DNA of 64,000 bases. It comes from Endomicrobium sp. GTDB taxonomy: Bacteria; Elusimicrobiota; Endomicrobiia; Endomicrobiales; Endomicrobiaceae. The notes below the pieces were generated by a model. The model searched no databases. It saw nothing but the letters and a program-made list of their open reading frames with translations, and had not been told where the DNA came from. Positions 20,431 through 30,377 of the stretch are shown here, one piece after another. The stretch is from assembly GCA_031264105.1 (NCBI GenBank), contig JAISEM010000023.1, positions 8,547 to 72,546 of the forward strand. The letters are read 5' to 3'. The position numbers and the translations under genes are program-made. Numbering within the stretch: the first letter of the stretch is position 1; the number at the start of each line of letters is the position of its first letter.

Positions 20431-21414
20431 ATGGAATTATTAAAACTGATATCGTTATTTAAAAAACAAACTATTTTAGTCGTTGGCGATAGTATGATAG
20501 ATAAGTTTATATGGGGAAAAGTAAAAAGAATTTCTCCAGAAGCTCCAGTTCCAGTAGTTGAGGTTAATAAAGAGACTGAAGTTTTAGGCGCAGCGGCAAA
20601 CGTAGCAAACAATATAGCGGCATTAGGCGCAAAAGCTTTTATAGTAAGCGCTATAGGAGAAGATACGACAGGAAAGACTTTAATGGAAATGTTGTCAGAG
20701 AAGAATATAAGCTCGGAGTATTTGGTTTACAGTTTGTATCGTCCTACAATAATAAAAACAAGAATAATAGCAGCAAGTCAGCAAGTAGTAAGGGTAGATA
20801 AAGAAATAAAAGGAACTTTTGAAAAATCTACGGAACTAAAAATTATAAAAAACATAGAAGAAGTTATTCCTAAAGTCAATGCAGTGATAATTTCTGATTA
20901 TGGAAAAGGAGTGGTCGGTCCTAGTGTTCTAAAAAAAACAATATCGCTAGCAAGAAAATATAAAATTCCAGTCGCTGTAGATCCCAAAATAGACCATTTC
21001 AAGAAATACAAAAAAATTACGACAATGACGCCTAACGAAAAAGAAGCAATAGAAGGAATGGGAGCAAAAAATATAAAAACAGACGAAGATATAGAGGTTT
21101 TAGGTAAAAAAATTCTTAAAACTTTAGGTTCACAATCAGTTGTTATAACTCGTGGAGAAAAAGGAATGACGTTAATAGGGCCTAATAACAAAATAACGAG
21201 AATTCCAACTAGAGCGAAAGAAGTTTATGACGTTACAGGAGCCGGAGATACTGTTATATCGACAATGACATTGGCATTAGCTGCAAAAGCGGACTTATTG
21301 AATGCAGCGGAAATAGCGAATTTTGCAGCGGGAATAGTGGTTGGTAAAATAGGTACAGCGACTACAAATCCTAAAGAGCTTGAAGAAGTAATTAAGGATT
21401 TTTATAATAAATGA
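20431..21414 (+). CDS. rfaE1: D-glycero-beta-D-manno-heptose-7-phosphate kinase (standalone HldE domain I)
   Basis: VGDSMIDKFIWGKVKRISPEAPVPVV, SDYGKG, TPN, EVYDVTGAGDT. Confidence 0.93.
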   Translation: MELLKLISLFKKQTILVVGDSMIDKFIWGKVKRISPEAPVPVVEVNKETEVLGAAANVANNIAALGAKAFIVSAIGEDTTGKTLMEMLSEKNISSEYLVYSLYRPTIIKTRIIAASQQVVRVDKEIKGTFEKSTELKIIKNIEEVIPKVNAVIISDYGKGVVGPSVLKKTISLARKYKIPVAVDPKIDHFKKYKKITTMTPNEKEAIEGMGAKNIKTDEDIEVLGKKILKTLGSQSVVITRGEKGMTLIGPNNKITRIPTRAKEVYDVTGAGDTVISTMTLALAAKADLLNAAEIANFAAGIVVGKIGTATTNPKELEEVIKDFYNK

Positions 21415-22136
21415 AAACAACTGTGGTCATTCCATCAAGATATGGTTCAAGTCGATTTCCTGGCAAACCTTTAGCAATGATAAAAGGTAAGCCTCTTTTA
21501 CAGCATACTATTGAACAAGTAATGAAATGTAAAGAAGTTGACTATATTTCAGTTGCTACGGACGATAAAAGAATTTACGATTTTATAAGAAGTTTAAAGT
21601 TTAATGTTTTTATGACTCCCAAAACTTGTAAAAGCGGTACAGACAGACTCGCTTTTGTTGCATCAAAATTTTTAAAAAACTGTGAAAATTTTATCAATGT
21701 TCAAGGCGATGAGCCATTAATAGATCCAGATCTTATTGACAATCTTGCGAAGGTTCTAAAAAGAAATAAGAGCGTTGAGTATATAACAGCTGCTTTTCCC
21801 ATAAAAGATAAAAATTCAATAAATAATCCTAGCATTGTAAAAGTTGTTTTTGACAAAAATATGGATGCTTTATATTTTTCAAGATTTGCGATTCCGTATA
21901 ATAGAGATAATGCTGAAGTTAAATATTATAAGCATATTGGCATATACGGATACAAAAAGAAGTTTTTACTAGATTTCTCTAAAAGTAAATCCTCGTCTTT
22001 AGAAAAAACTGAAAATCTAGAACAGTTAAGAGCTCTTGAAAATGGCAAAAAAATTAGAATTATATTGGCAAAAAAAGATTCTGTCGGACTAGATACTTCA
22101 GAAGATATTGCTAAAGTTGAAAAATATTTATGTTAA
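21411..22136 (+). CDS. kdsB: 3-deoxy-manno-octulosonate cytidylyltransferase
   Basis: IPSRYGSSRFPGKPL, SGTDR, NVQGDEP, LYFSR, HIGIY, LEQLRALE. Confidence 0.96.
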   Translation: MKTTVVIPSRYGSSRFPGKPLAMIKGKPLLQHTIEQVMKCKEVDYISVATDDKRIYDFIRSLKFNVFMTPKTCKSGTDRLAFVASKFLKNCENFINVQGDEPLIDPDLIDNLAKVLKRNKSVEYITAAFPIKDKNSINNPSIVKVVFDKNMDALYFSRFAIPYNRDNAEVKYYKHIGIYGYKKKFLLDFSKSKSSSLEKTENLEQLRALENGKKIRIILAKKDSVGLDTSEDIAKVEKYLC

Positions 22137-22145
22137 GGAAAATAT

Positions 22146-22970
22146 ATGCAGATGAAGAGGCTAAAAATCAACAAAAATATTACTTTAGCAAATGATAGAC
22201 CTTTTGCCGTCATCGCAGGACCATGCGTCATTGAAAGCGAGAAACATGCTTTGACTTTGGTAGCAAGTTTAAAAAAAATAACTTCAGAATTAAAAATTCC
22301 TTTTATTTTCAAGGCTTCTTACGATAAAGCCAATCGTTCTTCCAGTAACTCTTTTAGAGGTCCAGGTCTTGAAGAAGGTTTAAAAATTTTAGGTAAAATA
22401 AAAAAAGAATTTAACGTTCCAGTAATAACCGACGTACACAATGAAAGACAAGCGTCTATAGCTGCAGAGGTTGTAGATTTCTTACAGATTCCGGCATTTT
22501 TGTCGCGTCAGACAGATTTAATAAAAGCTTGCGCGCTTACTGGAAAACCTGTAAATATAAAGAAAGGACAATTTTTAGCGCCTGAAGATATGGCTAATGT
22601 TATTAAAAAAGCTGAAAGTTTCGGCAATAATAAATTGGCTTTAACTGAAAGAGGCGCTTCTTTTGGATATCACAACTTAGTGGTTGACTTTAGAGGTTTG
22701 GAGATAATGAAACAAACTGGATATCCAGTTATTTTTGATGCTACTCACAGTGTTCAGCTTCCATGTGAACAAGGAACTTGTAGCGGTGGCAACCGAACGT
22801 TTATTTTCCCTCTTGCTAAAGCAGCGACAGCCGTTGGTATTGCTGCATTGTTTTTAGAAGTTCACGATAACCCCGATAATGCTCTTTCAGATGGACCAAA
22901 TAGTTTAGAATTAAAAAACTTTAAACAGTTTTTAAAATATATTAAAGTCATAGACAAGGTGGTAAAATGA
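22146..22970 (+). CDS. kdsA: KDO 8-phosphate synthase
   Basis: AGPCVIES, KASYDKANRSS, QIPAFLSRQTD, KKGQF, FDATHSVQ. Confidence 0.97.
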   Translation: MQMKRLKINKNITLANDRPFAVIAGPCVIESEKHALTLVASLKKITSELKIPFIFKASYDKANRSSSNSFRGPGLEEGLKILGKIKKEFNVPVITDVHNERQASIAAEVVDFLQIPAFLSRQTDLIKACALTGKPVNIKKGQFLAPEDMANVIKKAESFGNNKLALTERGASFGYHNLVVDFRGLEIMKQTGYPVIFDATHSVQLPCEQGTCSGGNRTFIFPLAKAATAVGIAALFLEVHDNPDNALSDGPNSLELKNFKQFLKYIKVIDKVVK

Positions 22971-23185
22971 AAAATATAAGTTCAGTTGAACTAAAACATG
23001 AAAAAGATGTTTTGTGGAGACCTTCTTATTGTTGGTATTTGAAGACGTCTGCTATTGTTCTTGGACTTTTGACAGTTATTTTTTTTACACTAAACATACT
23101 TTTAAAACAGTATATGAGACAAATAGATAAAGAGCTTACTCCATGGCTTAATAATGGAAATACCGATAAGGTTGCTACACAATGA
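22967..23185 (+). CDS. Small single-TM hypothetical protein
   Basis: 72 aa, one hydrophobic helix, ATGA overlaps with both kdsA and kdsC. Confidence 0.6.
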   Translation: MKNISSVELKHEKDVLWRPSYCWYLKTSAIVLGLLTVIFFTLNILLKQYMRQIDKELTPWLNNGNTDKVATQ

Positions 23186-23715
23186 CGGATAGTAAAGAGA
23201 TTTTAGAAAAGGCCAAGAATATTAAGCTTCTTGCCTGCGATGTTGATGGTGTTTTAACGCGAGGTGAAATAATTATTTTAAACGCTGGAGAAGAAGTTAA
23301 AATATGGAACGTTAAAGATGGCATGGGTTATAATTTGTTGTCAAGGATGTCGTATAAAGTTAAAACAGCTTGGATTACTGGAAGAAAATCCGTACAAGTT
23401 GAGGATCGTGCGTCTGAAATGAAAATAGACCATTTAGTTCAAAATTGCGCTAACAAAAAACAAGCGATTGAAACAATAGCGCAAAAAGAAGAATTGGATT
23501 TGTCTCAAATAGCATATATTGGAGATGATGTTATTGACATTTCTGCGTTGAAATCTGTAGGCCTTTCTTCATGTCCAGCCGATGCCTGTGCTGTTGTAAA
23601 AGAAGCAGCAGGACTTATTTCATCTTTTAATGGTGGGGACGGAGTAGTAAGAGAGATGATAGATTTTATTATAAAAGCTTCTGGCGAGTGGCAAAAAATT
23701 TTGGAAGGGTTTTAA
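23182..23715 (+). CDS. kdsC: KDO 8-phosphate phosphatase (HAD)
   Basis: DVDGVLT, KDGMG, ITGR, YIGDDVID, GGDGVVRE. Confidence 0.93.
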   Translation: MTDSKEILEKAKNIKLLACDVDGVLTRGEIIILNAGEEVKIWNVKDGMGYNLLSRMSYKVKTAWITGRKSVQVEDRASEMKIDHLVQNCANKKQAIETIAQKEELDLSQIAYIGDDVIDISALKSVGLSSCPADACAVVKEAAGLISSFNGGDGVVREMIDFIIKASGEWQKILEGF

Positions 23716-24630
23716 ATGCTAGATTTAAAAAAGATTCGCAGAAAAATATATTATTATGGCGCATATGTTTTTTCAAGATTGGTTTTGATATTGCCTTATA
23801 AGTTCTCAGTTGGTTTTCTTAGTTTTTTATTTGGGAATATATCTTATTATGTTGCCATGGCAGGAGCCAGAAATGCCAGAAAGAATTTAAAGAAATGCTT
23901 TCCTGAAAAGTCAGATAAAGATATAAAGATAATTGTAAAAAAAATATTTTGTCTTGAAGCCAAAAATTTTTTTGAACTTGTAAATTTTCCTAGAATGGAT
24001 TCTAACTTTATTAAAAGTATAGCTTTTGTTGAAAAAATTGATACTATACAAGAAAGCTTTAAAAAAGGAAAAGGAATACTTTTTGCAGGCGCACACGCAG
24101 GCAATTGGGAAATAACAGGTGCTATAATGGCAGAAATGGGCATTCCTGTAAACGTTGTTGCAAAAAAGATTTATATTGACGGACTTAACGATATACTTGT
24201 TGGATATAGAAGGAGCAAAAATGTAAAAGTTATATTAAGAGAATCTTCAGATTCTGGGATAAAGCTTTTAAGAGCTTTAAAAAAAGGTGAAAGCATAGCT
24301 ATGCTTATAGACCAAGATGTAGACGTTTCTGGAGTATTTGTTGATTTTTTTGGTCAAAAAGCATGGACACCTTCAGGACTTGCTGTACTTGCGTTAAAAA
24401 CAGGAGCAGATGTCTATGTAGTGTTTGATCAAAGAGTAGATGATTATAGACACAAAACCGCTGTCAATGGTCCGATAAATATTAATAAAACGGGGAATTT
24501 TGAAAAAGATATTGAAAGTCTCACCCAAGAAGTCACATCTATTTTAGAAGAACATATAAAAAAATATCCAGAGCAATGGGTTTGGTTTCATGACAGATGG
24601 AAAACAAAACCTAAAGAAGTTAAAGGATAG
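23716..24630 (+). CDS. lpxL: Lipid A biosynthesis acyltransferase (LpxL/HtrB family)
   Basis: HAGNWE, MLIDQ, VDFFG, PEQWVWFHDRWK. Confidence 0.85.
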   Translation: MLDLKKIRRKIYYYGAYVFSRLVLILPYKFSVGFLSFLFGNISYYVAMAGARNARKNLKKCFPEKSDKDIKIIVKKIFCLEAKNFFELVNFPRMDSNFIKSIAFVEKIDTIQESFKKGKGILFAGAHAGNWEITGAIMAEMGIPVNVVAKKIYIDGLNDILVGYRRSKNVKVILRESSDSGIKLLRALKKGESIAMLIDQDVDVSGVFVDFFGQKAWTPSGLAVLALKTGADVYVVFDQRVDDYRHKTAVNGPININKTGNFEKDIESLTQEVTSILEEHIKKYPEQWVWFHDRWKTKPKEVKG

Positions 24631-24633
24631 GCT

Positions 24634-25158
24634 ATGTATTTTTGTAAAGAGAATCTAGTTTTTATTATTTCTTTCTTTTCGATTTTTTTATTTTTTGCCT
24701 GTAAGTCTGAGAAAGTATCTATTGAAGAAATACCGCCAATGTCTGAGCAGACAATAGAGAAATTTGCCATAACTCAAACTGAAAATGGAAAATTAAAAAT
24801 GATGCTAGAAGCCAAGACAGCTATTATAGACGAAAAGACAAATATAGCTCATTTGAGTCTTCCAATAGTAAAATTTTACGATAAGGGAAATTACGCTTCG
24901 ACTCTTATTACGGAAAAAGTTGATATAAATTTGGATACAAACGACGTTAGAGGTATAGGCAAATGTATTGTAGACACAGCAAACAAAGAGCATATACAAA
25001 CCACAGATTTAATGTATAATGCAAAAAAGAATTTAATTTATAGTGACAATGACGTTAAGATTAAAAAGCCAGGTCAGACAATATTTGGAACGAGGTTTGA
25101 TGCAGATACTAAACTTGAAAAGATTACTATTAAGAATCAGCGTGCGGTTTTTGATTAA
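24634..25158 (+). CDS. lptC: LPS export protein LptC
   Basis: N-terminal anchor, beta-jellyroll-like region (IYSDNDVKI..G..FDAD); upstream of lptA/lptB. Confidence 0.8.
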   Translation: MYFCKENLVFIISFFSIFLFFACKSEKVSIEEIPPMSEQTIEKFAITQTENGKLKMMLEAKTAIIDEKTNIAHLSLPIVKFYDKGNYASTLITEKVDINLDTNDVRGIGKCIVDTANKEHIQTTDLMYNAKKNLIYSDNDVKIKKPGQTIFGTRFDADTKLEKITIKNQRAVFD

Positions 25159-25780
25159 TCTTGCAGTTTCGCTAATTATTATTTTTTGGGGATTAGCGTT
25201 TTCTTGTGCTCAAGATTCAATATTTGGGACCAAAACATTTGATAATCAAAATACAGAAATAATAGCCAATAATACATCTTTTGATAAGAAATGTTCAGAA
25301 TTTTTGGCGTCAGGAAATGTAAAAATCGTTTCAAAACTTAAAAATGGCGAAAGGATAGAAGCTTTTGGAAACTCTGCTAAATATAATACCAAAACCGGAA
25401 AAGGAAAGATTTGGGGAAAAGATACGAAGATAAAGTATTTTGGCAAAACTTCTCCAAAGCCTGTTATTATACGTGCAAAAGAGATACAATTTGATGGATG
25501 CAATGAAAGTGTAGAAGCATATGAGGATGTTTTTGTTATAATTTCTTCAGGTACTATTATCTCAGATAATGTTGTATTTGATAAGAAAACGTCTGGGGCA
25601 GTATTTGAAAAAGATAAAAAAAGACCTGTCGCTGATATTGTGTATAATAATAGAAAACAGACTTACGAAGCCGATAAGATGATTTTTTATGACAGTCCAG
25701 ACGTCAAAAAAATATTTATGGAAGGGTCTGTTAAAGGCAAAATAGAAATGGAAGATATCACAAATGGTATTAAAAACTGA
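25142..25780 (+). CDS. lptA: LptA/OstA-like periplasmic LPS transport protein (start uncertain)
   Basis: Signal peptide, ASGNVKI, beta-rich; lies between lptC and lptB. Confidence 0.65.
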   Translation: MRFLINLAVSLIIIFWGLAFSCAQDSIFGTKTFDNQNTEIIANNTSFDKKCSEFLASGNVKIVSKLKNGERIEAFGNSAKYNTKTGKGKIWGKDTKIKYFGKTSPKPVIIRAKEIQFDGCNESVEAYEDVFVIISSGTIISDNVVFDKKTSGAVFEKDKKRPVADIVYNNRKQTYEADKMIFYDSPDVKKIFMEGSVKGKIEMEDITNGIKN

Positions 25781-26483
25781 AAAACTATTTAAAAAGTATA
25801 AACATAGAATGGTTGTAAATGGCATAAGCATAAGTGTGAGTCAAGGTGAGATTGTTGGTTTGCTTGGTCCAAATGGGGCGGGAAAAACTACAACCTTTTA
25901 TATGACGGTTGGTCTTGTCAAACCATATGACGGTAGTGTTTATTTAGGAGACTATGAAATTACCGACTGGCCAATGTATCAAAGATCTCGTGCAGGAGTA
26001 AGTTATCTTGCTCAAGAACCATCAATCTTTCGTGGTTTAAGTGTGGAAGACAATTTAATAGCTATTGCTCAGATGCTTTCTATTTCAAAAGATGAACAAC
26101 AAAAGAAAGTTGATGAATTGCTTGAAGATTTTGGTCTTACTAGACTAAGAAAACAGATGAGTATTACTCTTTCCGGCGGTGAAAAAAGAAGACTTGAAAT
26201 TGCAAGAGCTTTGATAATTGATCCAAAATTTTTGCTTCTAGACGAGCCGTTTGTTGGAATTGATCCAATTACAGTTGACGATATACAAAAAATTATAAGA
26301 GATCTTAGAGGCAGAGGTTTAGGAATTCTAATAACAGATCATAATGTAAGAGAAACTCTTGAAATTATTGACAGAGCTTATATTGTTTATGAAGGGGAAA
26401 TTTTGCTTGAAGGAGGCGCCAAAGAACTATTAGAAAACCCTAAAGCAAAAAAATTGTATCTTGGCGATAATTTTAAGATGTGA
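25764..26483 (+). CDS. lptB: LPS export ABC transporter ATP-binding protein
   Basis: GLLGPNGAGKTTTFYM, LSGGEKRRLEIAR, LDEPFVGIDP, ITDHNVRETL. Confidence 0.97.
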   Translation: MVLKTEKLFKKYKHRMVVNGISISVSQGEIVGLLGPNGAGKTTTFYMTVGLVKPYDGSVYLGDYEITDWPMYQRSRAGVSYLAQEPSIFRGLSVEDNLIAIAQMLSISKDEQQKKVDELLEDFGLTRLRKQMSITLSGGEKRRLEIARALIIDPKFLLLDEPFVGIDPITVDDIQKIIRDLRGRGLGILITDHNVRETLEIIDRAYIVYEGEILLEGGAKELLENPKAKKLYLGDNFKM

Positions 26484-26582
26484 AGTTTTTTAGAAACGGA
26501 AAAGTGCTGAATTTTCTTACTGATTTGATTAACAAATGTTATATAATTTTGTATATTTAATAGTATTATAAAGGAGAAAGGA

Positions 26583-27158
26583 ATGCAGATTAACATAACT
26601 GCAAGGCACCTTAAACTGACAGACCCTATAGACTCTTACATACGCAAAAAAATTACAAAATATGAAAATTTTTTTGAGACAAACAATATTTTTGTACATA
26701 TTATAGTGTCTGTTGAAAAAAATAGACTTATAACTGAAATACTTTTTCACTCGGGGAAAGTCTCTTTAAGATCAAAAGAAGAATCAACAGATTTATATGC
26801 ATCAATAGACTTAGCTTCAGACAAGCTTGAAAAACAACTCAAAAAACAAAAAGACATATCCAAAACTCACAGAAAAGACAATCAGAAAATTTTAAAGAAC
26901 AAGAAACGCAATATAGAAGAAACGTTTTCTTATGATAGTATGGAGGACTCAAGAACAAAAATTGCAGAAATAAAACGATTTGACTTAAAGCCTGTTATTG
27001 TTGAAGATGCTATTAATGAGATGGATAAATTCGGATATAGAGTTTATTTGTTTAAGGATGTAACGAGCGAGAATACAAAAGTTCTTTACCGCAATGATAG
27101 CGGGTCATTAGTCCTGTTAGAACCAAATGAATGTAACTTAAATAGGAGAAAGAGATGA
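26583..27158 (+). CDS. hpf: Ribosome hibernation promoting factor (long HPF)
   Basis: INITARHLKLT, DLYASIDLASDKLEKQL, C-terminal domain (EDAINEM..VLYRNDSG). Confidence 0.92.
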   Translation: MQINITARHLKLTDPIDSYIRKKITKYENFFETNNIFVHIIVSVEKNRLITEILFHSGKVSLRSKEESTDLYASIDLASDKLEKQLKKQKDISKTHRKDNQKILKNKKRNIEETFSYDSMEDSRTKIAEIKRFDLKPVIVEDAINEMDKFGYRVYLFKDVTSENTKVLYRNDSGSLVLLEPNECNLNRRKR

Positions 27159-27613
27159 AAATTATGGATTTTTTAAGTCAGGACACAATAATTGTTGACC
27201 TGAAAGCTACGGACAAAAAGTCGGCAATTATAGAACTGACTGAAGTTTTAAAAAACAATAAAAAAATTAAAAATAGCGAAGATATAATAAATATTGTTTT
27301 AGAAAGAGAGAAACTTGGATCAACGGGAATTGGCCAAGGCGTTGCAATTCCTCATGGAAAGACTGACCTTTTGCAAGAACAAGTAGGGGTTTTAGGAATT
27401 TCTCGCAAAGGTATAGAGTTTAATTCTTTAGATGGTGAACCTGTTCATATAATTTTTCTTTTAGTTGGACCTATTGAAGTCGCTGGCCAACATTTGAAAG
27501 CTCTTTCAAGAATCTCAAGATTATTCAAAGATAAATTTTTAAGGCAAGCTATAAAAGAAGCTAAAACTACGCAAGAAGTAGTAAAGCTTATACAGCAAGA
27601 GGATGCTTATTGA
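27155..27613 (+). CDS. ptsN: PTS EIIA component, Ntr/Fru type
   Basis: REKLGSTGIGQGVAIPHGK, HLKALSRISR. Confidence 0.88.
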   Translation: MKIMDFLSQDTIIVDLKATDKKSAIIELTEVLKNNKKIKNSEDIINIVLEREKLGSTGIGQGVAIPHGKTDLLQEQVGVLGISRKGIEFNSLDGEPVHIIFLLVGPIEVAGQHLKALSRISRLFKDKFLRQAIKEAKTTQEVVKLIQQEDAY

Positions 27614-28548
27614 TGAGTATAGATGTAGATGCTCTTCTTAAAGAAAAAAGCGAAGAATTCAAGTTAAAACTTTTGGCAGGGCAAGGTGGCGTCAAGAGAC
27701 TTATCACGGTGCCTGATATAAATAGACCTGGCCTTGCTTTAACTGGTTTTCTAGAACATTTCCCGTATGAACGTCTTCAGGTTATGGGTATAATAGAGCG
27801 CACATATTTTAATAGTTTAGATAAAGACTTGCAGATAAAAGTATTGTCTAATATTTTTTCAAATGAAAAATCTGTTGGATGTATTTTGACCAGGGATCTA
27901 GACCCTACTGATACGATGATTAAAGTATTTTCCGATTTAGATGTGCCTCTTTTGAGAACAAGTATAAGAGCTTCTTCATTTATTGATGATTTAAGTTATT
28001 ACTTAGATGCTAATCTTGCGCCTTCAATTAAAATACATGGTGTTATAGTAAACGTTTATGGACTTGGAGTTTTAATAATAGGAAAATCTGGAATAGGGAA
28101 GTCAGAATGTGCTCTTGAGCTTGTCAAAAGAGGACATAAGTTTATTGCAGATGATATTGTTAATATAAAAAAACTTTCTTCAGGGCGTTTTTTAACAGGA
28201 AGCGGTTTAAAAATTACAAAACATCTAATAGAAGTAAGAGGCATAGGAATTATAGATATTAAAGAACTGTTTGGTGTTGGGAATATTTTATATGAATCAA
28301 AAATAGAACTTGTTATAAAGCTTGAAGAATGGAATCCTGTAAAAAAGTACGAAAGAATCGGTCTTGATGACTATTATACGCAATATTTAGAGGTAAAAGT
28401 TCCTGAAGTTACAATTCCTGTTGCACCAGGCAGAAATCTTGCTGTTCTTGTAGAAACTGCAAGTTTAAACCAAAGACTAAAAAACAAAGGTCATTTTACA
28501 GCTAGATTATTAGATTTTGAGTTACGTAAAGAAATAAATAATAAATAA
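27613..28548 (+). CDS. hprK: HPr(Ser) kinase/phosphorylase
   Basis: INRPGLALTGF, GKSGIGKSECALELVKRGH..ADD, EVRGIGII, PVAPGRN. Confidence 0.96.
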   Translation: MSIDVDALLKEKSEEFKLKLLAGQGGVKRLITVPDINRPGLALTGFLEHFPYERLQVMGIIERTYFNSLDKDLQIKVLSNIFSNEKSVGCILTRDLDPTDTMIKVFSDLDVPLLRTSIRASSFIDDLSYYLDANLAPSIKIHGVIVNVYGLGVLIIGKSGIGKSECALELVKRGHKFIADDIVNIKKLSSGRFLTGSGLKITKHLIEVRGIGIIDIKELFGVGNILYESKIELVIKLEEWNPVKKYERIGLDDYYTQYLEVKVPEVTIPVAPGRNLAVLVETASLNQRLKNKGHFTARLLDFELRKEINNK

Positions 28549-28552
28549 AGCT

Positions 28553-29416
28553 ATGGCCAGACTATATATAATTTCAGGTATGTCAGGAGCTGGTAAGACT
28601 CAAGCCCTCAAGATTTTTGAGGATTTTGGATTTGTTTGCGTTGACAATATTCCAGTTCAAATGATTGTAGACTTTATAGATATATCAAAGAAGTATGAAA
28701 GTATTGCTGTAAGTATAGACTCCAGAGCTGGAGAGCATCTTTTGAGGTTTGGAGATTTTCTTGAAGCTCTAAAAAATAAAAAAATTAACTATAAAATTAT
28801 TTTCTTTAATGCATCCGACAGTATCATTCTAAGACGTTATTTAGAAACTCGTCGTTGTCACCCTAGTGGCAAATCTGTTTCTGAAGGTATAAAACAAGAA
28901 AGAAGAATGTTGGATAATATTTTTAGTGTCGCTGATGAAGTTGTTGACACTTCAAATCTTACAATAGGTGAGTTGAAAAAAGTAATTTCTGTTCTTGCAG
29001 ATATCAAACAATCAGAAAAACAATATCTAAACATTTCAGTTGTGTCTTTTGGTTATAAATATGGTATTCCAAATGATGCTGATATAATTTATGACGTGCG
29101 TTTTATAACAAATCCTAATTATGTCCACGAATTAAAGTATAAAACTGGACGCGACAAATCAGTTCAAAAATATATAGAAAAACAAAAAGAATTTAAAGTA
29201 TTTTTTAACGAATTCTCAAAACTTATAGAAATTACTCTTCCTGGATATATAAACGAAGGAAAAAGCTACTTAACCATTGCAGTAGGATGTACTGGTGGAC
29301 GACATAGATCTGTTTTTACATCTGAAAAACTTGCCGTTTTTCTAAAAAAGAAAAAATATAAAGTAAAGCTTATCCACAGAGATATTCTGTGGGGATATAA
29401 CAATGGAAAAAATTAA
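28553..29416 (+). CDS. rapZ: RNase adapter RapZ / YvcJ P-loop protein
   Basis: SGMSGAGKT, CVDNIP, SFGYKYGIP, DVRF..NP, GCTGGRHRSV. Confidence 0.94.
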   Translation: MARLYIISGMSGAGKTQALKIFEDFGFVCVDNIPVQMIVDFIDISKKYESIAVSIDSRAGEHLLRFGDFLEALKNKKINYKIIFFNASDSIILRRYLETRRCHPSGKSVSEGIKQERRMLDNIFSVADEVVDTSNLTIGELKKVISVLADIKQSEKQYLNISVVSFGYKYGIPNDADIIYDVRFITNPNYVHELKYKTGRDKSVQKYIEKQKEFKVFFNEFSKLIEITLPGYINEGKSYLTIAVGCTGGRHRSVFTSEKLAVFLKKKKYKVKLIHRDILWGYNNGKN

Positions 29417-30347
29417 AATCGTTGCTATAGGAGGCGGGACAGGTCTTTCATGCCTACTTAGAGGGTTAAAAAAATATAACTACGATATAACGGCTGTAGT
29501 AAATGTTGCTGACGATGGAGGAAGTTCTGGAAAGCTAAGAACGGAGCTTGGTATTTTGCCTCCTGGGGATATAAGAAACTGTCTTGTAGCATTGTCAGAA
29601 GAAGAAAGTTTAATGTCTGAACTTTTTAAATACAGATTTCCTGTTAAATGTTCTTTAAACGGTCATTCTTTTGGAAATCTTTTTTTAACTGCAATGTCTG
29701 CAGTTACTGGAAGTTTTGATAACGCAGTAACGCATTGTGGACAAGTTCTTGCTGTAAAGGGAAGAGTTCTTCCTGTAACTCTTTCATCAATTTCGCTTGA
29801 AGCAGAATTAGATTCAGGGAAAAAAGTAAAAGGTGAGCAGAAAGTTTCAAAAGTTAAAGAAAAAATAAAAAAAGTATACTTAAACCCTGATTTTTCTCAA
29901 ACAACGCCTGAAGTAATTTCAGCTTTTAAGCAAGCAGATGTAGTAATTATTGGACCCGGATCTCTATATACTTCGATAATAGTTAATCTTTTGATTGGCG
30001 GTATTGTAAGTGCTATAAAAAGATCAAAAGCATATAAAATATATATTGGAAATATTATGACTCAGCCGGGCGAAACATGCGATTACAAACTTTCTGATCA
30101 TATAGTTGCTATAGAAAACAATTCTTATGAAAATATACTAGATTGTGTTGTGGTAAATAACAAAACTCTTCCTGATAAACTTTTGAAAAAGTACAAAAGA
30201 TATGGGGCTTACCAAGTAGAAAATGACAAAATTAGTATAAAAACCGTAAAAGCAAATTTAATTGGTGATGAGCTTTATGTAAGGCATGACGGTCAAAAGC
30301 TTGCTCGTGTTTTATCTGAAATAATTAGTTTACATATTAAAAAATAA
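29403..30347 (+). CDS. yvcK: Gluconeogenesis factor YvcK/GlmR family
   Basis: GGGTGLS, DDGGSSG, PPGDIRNCL, GHSFGN, GPGSLYTS, MTQPGET. Confidence 0.93.
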   Translation: MEKIKIVAIGGGTGLSCLLRGLKKYNYDITAVVNVADDGGSSGKLRTELGILPPGDIRNCLVALSEEESLMSELFKYRFPVKCSLNGHSFGNLFLTAMSAVTGSFDNAVTHCGQVLAVKGRVLPVTLSSISLEAELDSGKKVKGEQKVSKVKEKIKKVYLNPDFSQTTPEVISAFKQADVVIIGPGSLYTSIIVNLLIGGIVSAIKRSKAYKIYIGNIMTQPGETCDYKLSDHIVAIENNSYENILDCVVVNNKTLPDKLLKKYKRYGAYQVENDKISIKTVKANLIGDELYVRHDGQKLARVLSEIISLHIKK

Positions 30348-30377
30348 ATAATAAAAATCTGTTCTTGGAGTTTTTTT

